Shown here: piece after piece, positions 36,846-43,397 of the stretch
Numbering within the stretch: position 1 is the stretch's first letter
How the letters are laid out: each line of letters starts with the position of its first letter
Source of the DNA: Chiloscyllium plagiosum
Taxonomy: Eukaryota
Assembly (NCBI RefSeq): GCF_004010195.1
Contig: NC_057720.1
Span: forward strand, 15,783,543-15,826,939
Length of the DNA: 43,397 nt
Direction: 5' to 3'
Position numbers and translations under genes: made by a program
Notes under the pieces: model-generated
Database searches by the model: none
Told to the model about the DNA's origin: nothing
What the model saw: only the letters and a program-made list of their open reading frames with translations

Positions 36846-37139
36846 GTTGCCTTCTATTACCACAATCTTTGTCTTTTGGCTTCTTTACATTAATGTCTGA
36901 ATAAAATCAACACACCTAGATCTTCTCAATTGCTAAATGATTAAAATTATATTTATCCACATTAAAGCACATCTGTCACACTTTGTTGGCATCTGCTGAG
37001 CTTTCTAAATCAAACTGTAATCTGCTGATTTGGAAATTGGAAAATAAAAGAACAGATAGGGCATTGTTTGTGCAGGCTTTATAATATTTAATGGTGAGAC
37101 TACTATATCAATTTGTCATTTGGTAAACAAAGCACTGCT

Positions 37140-37682
37140 GGAAAAGAGCATTTTGTCAACGCTATTCATCTTGTGTTCATCAGGAAAATTCACAAAAAAT
37201 ACAAAAGTAAAGAAAAAACATATTGTATGAGAAAAGGGTGCTGATTGGTTAGCAAATGGACATTGATTGGTGGAGACATAGCCATGCAGAATGCACCAGT
37301 TAATGATGAATGACAGTAAACTGCCAAATTTTGATTAAAATTTTATTCAGGTAGGTTGTCTCTGGTTGGTCAAGGTATTGTTCTGAGAAATAAACCAGGG
37401 CATGGTCTTCATCTCTGTGTTCATATTCTAGCCAACTTTGAAGAATAGGACTCTGTGTGTTAATGCATGCACATTCCTGTTCCCACAAGAACGCCGCACT
37501 GTGAGCCTGACAATCCTAAATCCTAAATTCCTGAAGAAGGGCTTATGCCCAAAACGTCGATTCTCCTGTTCCTTGGATGTTACCTAACCTGCTGCACATT
37601 TCCAGCAATACATTTTCAATCCTAAATCGGTGGCCAGCATAATTCACACTCAGAATTGTTTAGCAAGTGCTGTCTAATCACT
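37140..37682 (-). mobile_element. Old Penelope-like 3' end (GIY-YIG C-terminus plus pLTR), second family
   Basis: Minus strand IRQHLLNNSEC...CINTQSPIL; CCAAT-rich pLTR; CTGATGAACACAAGATGAATAG; a diverged inverted copy lies at 38030-38422. Confidence 0.6.
37523..37616 (+). mobile_element. Penelope pLTR insert with a 12-bp TSD
   Basis: CTGAAGAAGGGCTTATGCCCAAAACGTCG; TSD CAATCCTAAATC at 37511-37522 and 37617-37628. Confidence 0.85.
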
Positions 37683-37758
37683 TAATCACTTCAAATGGTG
37701 GACACTGGATTATGAGCTTTGTGAACATAGTTTGGTTAATTTGTATTCAGTACCTTAC

Positions 37759-37998
37759 TTGCTGTGAACACCTGAAGGGATATACGGCTTGTTATGATAA
37801 AGAAAAGAACTGAGGTTGCTGTAAATCAGAAGGAAAAAAACAGAAATTGCTACAGAGACAGAGTTCTGACGAAAGGTCTTTGGACCCGAAACATGAACAC
37901 TGCCGTCCCTCCACAAATGCTGCCACTGCTGCTGAGTTTTTCCAGCAATTTCTATTTTTGTTGCTGCCATATGTCTTTTAAATATATGTCTTCTATTC
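37759..37998 (-). pseudogene. Small exon C, split by a pLTR insertion
   Basis: Acceptor CTCTAG|G, donor GCAA|GTAAGG. With about 37799-37962 removed it reads (R)NRRHIFKRHMAAIITSRISLQVFTA, phase 2 to phase 1, bridging exons B and D. Confidence 0.5.
37800..37962. mobile_element. Partly palindromic pLTR insert with an intact hammerhead-like core
   Basis: AACAGAAATTGCT / AGCAATTTCTATT arms; CTGACGA-AAGGTC-TTTG-GACCC-GAAAC at 37866-37892. Confidence 0.8.
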
Positions 37999-38029
37999 CT
38001 AGAGTCACTCTGGTATTAAGATTAAAAGA

Positions 38030-38422
38030 ATCATTCAGACAACAATTGAGGATTAGCAATTGGGCTCTCGATATGGTTCACTTGCAGATATTGGAAACTA
38101 GATATATTAACAGTGAGGACCCTACTCCTTGTAGACAGAAGAAACATCTACATGTAGCATTCTCTGTTTCCTTTCACAGGGCAATGCCTTGACCAATCAA
38201 GGTCAATCTGTATGGTTGCAAGTTTAATCACAGCTTGGTAATTTACTGTCATTTGTCACTAACTAGTACATGCTCCATGACAAAACCTCTACTAATCAGT
38301 GTCCACTTGCAAATTAATCATCATTCTCATTTCACACAGTATTTATGTTTTCTCTTGACTTCAAGTATTTCTTGTAAATTGACCTGATGAGCTCAAAGTA
38401 AAAAACTTTAGCAAAATGTGTC
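38030..38422 (+). mobile_element. Old Penelope-like 3' end, second family
   Basis: MVHLQILETRYINSEDPTPCRQKKH (GIY-YIG C-terminus); CCTGATGAG near 38385. Confidence 0.6.
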
Positions 38423-38479
38423 GAGCAATAATTTAATCAAAAGTTAGATGGCTATTTCAAGGAAGTTAAAATATGACTG

Positions 38480-38765
38480 AGAGCACAGCCAACACTTTTG
38501 CTTTTGCATCAAGATGCTTTGTTTTTAAGTTCCACCTCAGACACTGAGGACGTAAGTGCAGTTCTGAGATGTTAAACTGTAACCATGTTCTGTTGGGGGC
38601 AAGATATCCCATGGCAATACATGCAGGAAACCAAGGATTTTCCAAGTGTCCTAGCCAATAGTTTCCCTCAGACAACACACCCAAAGCTGATCATTGATCC
38701 CATGCTGTTTATGGGCTCCTCGCTGTGCAGAATTTGACGGTTGTATTTGCCTTCCTCACACCTGC
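38480..38765 (+). mobile_element. Degenerate Deu-domain SINE
   Basis: TGAGATGTTAAAC, ATCCCATGGCA, GTGTCCTAGCCAATAGTTTCCCTCA, TGCTGTTTATGGG. Confidence 0.55.
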
Positions 38766-39307
38766 AAATAGTAGGAAACAAAAGGTAAACTACCTTTGAA
38801 CCGACATGGCCACATTGCCAGTGACTCACTGTCTCTTGCCTCTGATGTGCCAAAAATGTCAGTGCAGTATAACCGTAACATTAGTCATGAGCTTTTTTTT
38901 AGAATACCAGTACCAGTAGCCAGTATTACAGACATAGATTAATTGTTTCTTCTGTGATCGTGGGTTCAAACCTTCAGTTACAATATATTAATTCCTCTCT
39001 CTCTGCCTATTAGTAAATTTTTTTTGATGAATGCGCAATCACATTTGCCTGCCAATTAATGAATTTTGCTATTAAAATAACAGACTGACAAATGGTCATG
39101 TAGAGGTGGTTATACAAGAATTATTCCTAGATTAAGCCAAACCACTTTCAATCAAAATATTTGCAGCTCTGTTCAAATTTTAAACTTGATAGGCTGGAAA
39201 ATGCAGACATCTGCAGTTGTAACTTAAAGCAATTGATGTTGCTTTCATACTTAGACAGCTAATACAGTATCATCGATATAACTTTGTCACTAATACAGCG
39301 TTCTTAC

Positions 39308-39979
39308 CTAAACTTGCTCGGTAGCACATCAAAAAGATAAATTACTTTCTGGCAGGACAAAGGCAGTTTTCAATGTGACACAAATGGTCCTCAGGATGAC
39401 TCTATACCCATATAATAATGATAAATCTGTTATACACTGCCCTGCAGTATATCAGTGTTGTGCAACCAGCCTAACTTGTAAAATTCTTTGAAAGGGCTTT
39501 TAAAGGTAATGAGCAATTCATTTCAGCGTCTTATAGATGACTTTATCATGTTTAAAACATCCAACTGTGTGATTGATGGACTAAACTGACTGTGTATATG
39601 CTTCTTTATGTAGAGGAGCATTTTTTTATTGTATGGTGCTTCGAGGGTGTTGGAAATTAAAGTCCAACAAATAAACAATTTGAAATATTAATAACACTTC
39701 TGTCAGTAATTTCTCCACTTGATCATTGGTATCTTGAATCATTTGATCTGAAATCTTCAAACATTTAAAAAGCCAATAGAGTTCAGCAAAATTCACATTG
39801 GTATGTACTGGCATTGTCTACATCATAGTGCCTTCCAGGCATATCGGGAAAATGACCAGGAGATCCAAAGCTTTTTCATATAAAGCTTCGAAGATAGTCT
39901 TTTCTTTCATCTTATACAAAATCAATTCCCTTAAAGCAAAATCCCATAAATATATCTTCAAAACTCAACTTAGTTCCCC
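39308..39979 (-). pseudogene. Decayed exon B (672 bp, one +1 frameshift, 7 stops, phase 0 to phase 2)
   Basis: Acceptor AATTTTAG|GGG, donor TTAG|GTAAGA; GELS*VLKIYLWDFALRELILYKMKEKTIFEALYEKALDLL...NFAELYWLFKCLKISDQMIQ...KMLLYIKKHIHSQFSPSITQLDVLNMIKSS...VIYLFDVLPSKFR. Confidence 0.7.
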
Positions 39980-40619
39980 CTAAAATTTGTATCTTGAAAG
40001 TAATTCTTTGAACTTGTATTACTGAAGTTTGGAGAAATATGATTTGAGCATTAACTGCAAGTAAACAGCCAGCAAGTGTTTTTCTGGCACAAGCACTTTT
40101 TTCCCCACTTACAACATTACAAGTTACAGAGCAAGCCAAATACAGACAGCATTTAAAGTTGCTTAGCCATTTGTTCTAAATTCCAGAGATTAAGCAATAA
40201 ACTAGGTAATCACTAGGAAGGTTTGCTTGACAAATTACAAGACCCTAACTCAAACAAAAGGGTTATTGATTACGTTTTAGGCACAGAAAAGATGCCAAAC
40301 ATAAAAATATTTAAGATTTAAAAATCAAAACAGGATATTTACCAGGCTGTTTATTAATTAGGAAAAATATTTTTGTGATTTTTTGCAAATTCTGCTGATA
40401 AAAGTCTAATTTTACGGTACAGAATTTGCAACAACAAAGCACAATTAAGACGTGCCAAATTTTACACAAATGTATGTTTGATCTGTTAAATTTTAAAGAA
40501 ACAATCTAATGGATGTGGCTCCCTTTTAATTAATTTTAATCTTACTTAATGGTAGCTTGTAATAAAATGGATGTACAATTACATATGTTTTATTTATCAA
40601 GCATTAATGCATAATTAAC

Positions 40620-40851
40620 CAATATAGCAGACTCTTCATTGCTAATCCTGTCATACAGCCTACTAATCTTCACAACTAGTACTTAATGATGAAGGTCCCT
40701 CAAGCTTTTCTTCTTATCTCCATCTCTGCTTTGTACTGGCACAAGTATGCTTTCTATGTAGGGGGCCCCCTACTGCTTTTCCAGCTTCATGCAAAAGACT
40801 GGATAAATTATCAAGGGTGTTCGGTTCAGTGAGACCGTCTATACCTACTTC
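40620..40851 (-). pseudogene. Decayed exon A (232 bp, one +1 frameshift, phase 0 to phase 0)
   Basis: Acceptor TTGTTTTTGCTCTGGCCAG|GAA, donor TTG|GTTAAT; EVGIDGLTEPNTLDNLSSLLHEAGKAVGG/PYIESILVPVQSRDGDKKKSLRDLHH*VLVVKISRLYDRISNEESAIL. Confidence 0.68.
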
Positions 40852-41357
40852 CTGGCCAGAGCAAAAACAAAGCTCATTGAAGGTAATGAAAAAAGCATTT
40901 TCTACTATAAACAATTCTTTAGCATTTTAATAGATCTTGGGCATTCATTTAATTCACGTCCGTTTCACCACATTGTGAACAATAACATCAAAATAATCTT
41001 TGATATCGCAAGGTATCATTAAACAAACTCTATATGTTTTCAAATTCTGAACTCGTTTTGGAAATCAGCAGTTTTACTTGAGATGCTGTCAATGTCACAA
41101 GTTATTATGGATGACGAGGCTATTCGGCCCATTTAATCCAGAGAGATGTTTGATTGTTTTCTTATGTGGATTCAGAGATTTGCCCTCCATTAATATGAAA
41201 TTTTGTTCCTTACTTTGAGTGAAGTAAAAATAAAATCCTATCAGTTCTCAGATTACTTTTTGACACTTCAAACTTGCATGCCATTGTTCTACTCCTGCAA
41301 TTCAATCAGTGTAATATTCCAGGTTAACATTTCCTGAATCCATTATTTCTTCCATTG

Positions 41358-41688
41358 TTATTCATAGAATGAGGGCATGGCTGGCTAGGTCGGCTTTTAT
41401 TAATCATCTTTAACACCCCAGAGAGCAGTTAAGATTCAACCACATTGCTATGAATCCAGAGTCACATGTAGGCCAGAAGAGGTAAGAATGGCAGGTTACT
41501 AGACACTAGTGAACCAGATGAGTTTTTTTCCATGATAATTGACAATGGCATTGTGGTCATCATTAGACTGTTAATTCCAGATTTTTCTTGAATTCAATCT
41601 GCCATGGCAAGTTTCAGACCGAATTCCCCAGAACCTGAGTCTCTGGATTAACAGTTCAGCGATAATATCATTAGGCCATCGCATCCCC
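41358..41688 (-). mobile_element. tRNA-derived SINE with a LINE-derived tail
   Basis: Colinear with 36486-36845. Confidence 0.82.
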
Positions 41689-41724
41689 ATTGGGAGAATT
41701 AAGCATTATATACTTGTCCAAGTC

Positions 41725-41936
41725 ATGCTTTGGAGACGCCAGTGTTGGACTGGGGTGTACAAAGTTAAAAATTCACACAACACCAGGTTATAGTCCAACA
41801 GGTTTAGTTGGAAACACCGGGTTTCGGAGCGCTGCTCCCTTGCCAACCACCTGATGAAGGAGCGTTGCTCCGAAAGCTAGTGCTTCCAATTAAACCTGTT
41901 GGACTATAACCTAGTGTTGTGTGATTTTTAACTTTG
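41725..41936. mobile_element. Palindromic pLTR insert (family of the 5635-8034 element) with an intact hammerhead-like core
   Basis: Arms AAAGTTAAAAATTCACACAACACCAGGTTATAGTCCAACAGG / CCTGTTGGACTATAACCTAGTGTTGTGTGATTTTTAACTTT; CTGATGA-A-GGAGC-GTT-GCTCC-GAAAGC at 41851-41877. Confidence 0.88.
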
Positions 41937-42317
41937 TATCTCTTCAAGATCACTTATTAGCTTCCTTTACTAAATGAAAAGATTAAAACTCTCCAGCCTA
42001 TTCTCAAGACTCCTGATAATGGGGATTACTTATTTCCTCACCGCCTACTCTCTGGGTTTCTTGGCGACGAGTACTAGATACAGTACTCAAAGCACAGCAC
42101 AGTATGATCACAGACATATCCAATTGTTGTGGCTTAACAGTTTATCCATTTTGTTGATCACTGCCCTCTGAGCAGATTTGGGCTCTACACCTTAGGAAGG
42201 ATGCAGTGGCCTTGGAGGGAGTATAATGTAGGTTTATAAGAATGTATCTGGACTTCAGGGCTTACTTTATGAGGGAAGATTATATTGGTCTTTCTCCATC
42301 TTGGCCTTCCATCTTCC

Positions 42318-42396
42318 TCCACCACCTGATGAAGGAGCTAGTGCATCCAAATAAGCCGGTTGGGCTGTATGCTGGTGTTGTGTGATTTTTAACTTC
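42318..42396 (+). mobile_element. Internally deleted pLTR fragment
   Basis: CACCTGATGAAGGAGCTAGTGC...GTGTTGTGTGATTTTTAACTT; the flanking CTTCCATCTT / CCTCCATCTT may be a TSD. Confidence 0.7.
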
Positions 42397-42634
42397 CTCC
42401 ATCTTGGTATCAAGAGGATACCTTGGTATCCAGCAGTCCATAGCTCTTTCTCAATATCTGGAAGATTGTGGTGCAAAGCCATATTTCCAGGTTATAAACA
42501 AGGCCTTCAAAACCAGACAGAGCACACTGTCCTGCTGAAGACTAGGGGTATTTATTGCTACAATGAAACCGAATTTTACCTGGGCAAGAGATGTGCTTAT
42601 GTTACAAAGCAAAGAACAACACTATGATTCCTGG

Positions 42635-42896
42635 TGTTATTTGGGACAAAAGTGACTCATGTGAAATAGTTCCAAAAAGACTGCCATCCCATCACCAAGT
42701 TACCCTTCATTTACACATGCATAGTACATGACAGTGACCCAGCTCACTCAGAGTCTGCCCCCACCATGAACAGAACCTCTAAAAATCCTGTTTACTTCTG
42801 TCTGCCAGGGGTCCTGACTGGACCAGGTTAAAAGCCCCATTGAAGGAAATCATATTCTATGAGGTCCAACAGGCTGACCTCATTACAATCACTACA
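42635..42896. mobile_element. Probable solo LTR (262 bp)
   Basis: TGT...ACA termini with a 4-bp near-TSD CTGG / CTGT. Confidence 0.6.
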
Positions 42897-43029
42897 CTGT
42901 GCCCATGGAAACAATAGCATGATGCGTGCAAAGTTCAACAGTAACCTGCCTGCTAAAGCTATTCGGCACAGGATTCATGAGATGGTGTACACATCAAGGA
43001 TCGAAAGCACAGGCTGTACATGAATTGAC

Positions 43030-43213
43030 AATAAATAGTAAATTGATTTCTAATAAATAAAGATCAGGCCTGTTTTCTCTGGAATTTATAAGGTTAAGGG
43101 GTAATCTGATCGAAATTAACAGGAAAAGACAAGGTAGATGAAGGTAAACTCTTTCCACTGGTTGAAGATTCTGGAACAAGAATGCATAGTCTGAGAATTT
43201 GAGGTAAAAACCA
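43030..43213 (+). mobile_element. Degenerate CR1 3' fragment
   Basis: GLFSLEFIRLRGNLIE...KLFPLVEDSGTRMHSLRI. Confidence 0.65.
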
Positions 43214-43263
43214 GGAAATTGTGTTTTTTTTCTCTCCTGCAGCTAGCCATCCTTTTCTGAGCT

Positions 43264-43397
43264 AGGTAAAAACAATGACTGCAGATGCTGGAAACCAGAT
43301 TCTGGATTAGTGGTGCTGGAAGAGCACAGCAGTTCAGGCAGCATCCAAGGAGCTTCGAAATCGCCGTTTCGGGCAAAAGCCCTTCATCAGGAATAAA
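43264..43397 (-). mobile_element. Penelope pLTR running off the window end
   Basis: Reverse complement of 33040-33169 with 6 clustered substitutions; intact CTGATGA...GAAAC core on the minus strand. Confidence 0.9.

Noticed and set aside
39740..39979. Alternative minus frame GTKLSFEDIFMGFCFKGIDFV* as a terminal exon
   Set aside because: The phase-0 frame is more protein-like, fits exon A and reaches a consensus donor
33057..43376. Near-identical small Cys-rich ORFs (MPETSILLLLGCCLNCC...) at 32718, 33057, 43116 and 16964
   Set aside because: Chance frames in pLTR repeats with non-ATG starts, not a peptide gene family
1..43397. CRISPR array, prokaryotic operon or endogenous virus with env
   Set aside because: No regularly spaced repeats, the repeat content is vertebrate, and only about 180 bp separate RNase H from the PPT, leaving no room for env

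Overview
Eukaryotic, repeat-rich DNA from a cartilaginous fish, probably a shark (HE1-type SINEs, HER1/CR1 LINE 3' tails, Deu-domain SINEs). No intact protein-coding gene, RNA gene or CRISPR array is visible. Main contents: (1) a full-length but decayed LTR retrotransposon (8209-15568) with Gypsy-like enzymes in the PR-INT-RT-RH order of the Gmr1 group; (2) a Penelope-like element (5635-8034, RT plus GIY-YIG, inverted pseudo-LTR) and about ten short pLTR-derived inserts, several palindromic, carrying hammerhead-ribozyme-like cores and target-site duplications; (3) many CR1/L2-type LINE fragments and SINEs, often nested; (4) in the unique DNA between the repeats, a minus-strand chain of splice-bounded, phase-compatible decayed exons from about 40.85 kb to about 0.5 kb, best read as an unannotated pseudogene of a large helical protein that I cannot firmly identify; (5) an inverted copy, at the window end, of a pLTR insert together with 51 bp of its unique flank from 10 kb upstream. 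All translations and comparisons were done by eye.
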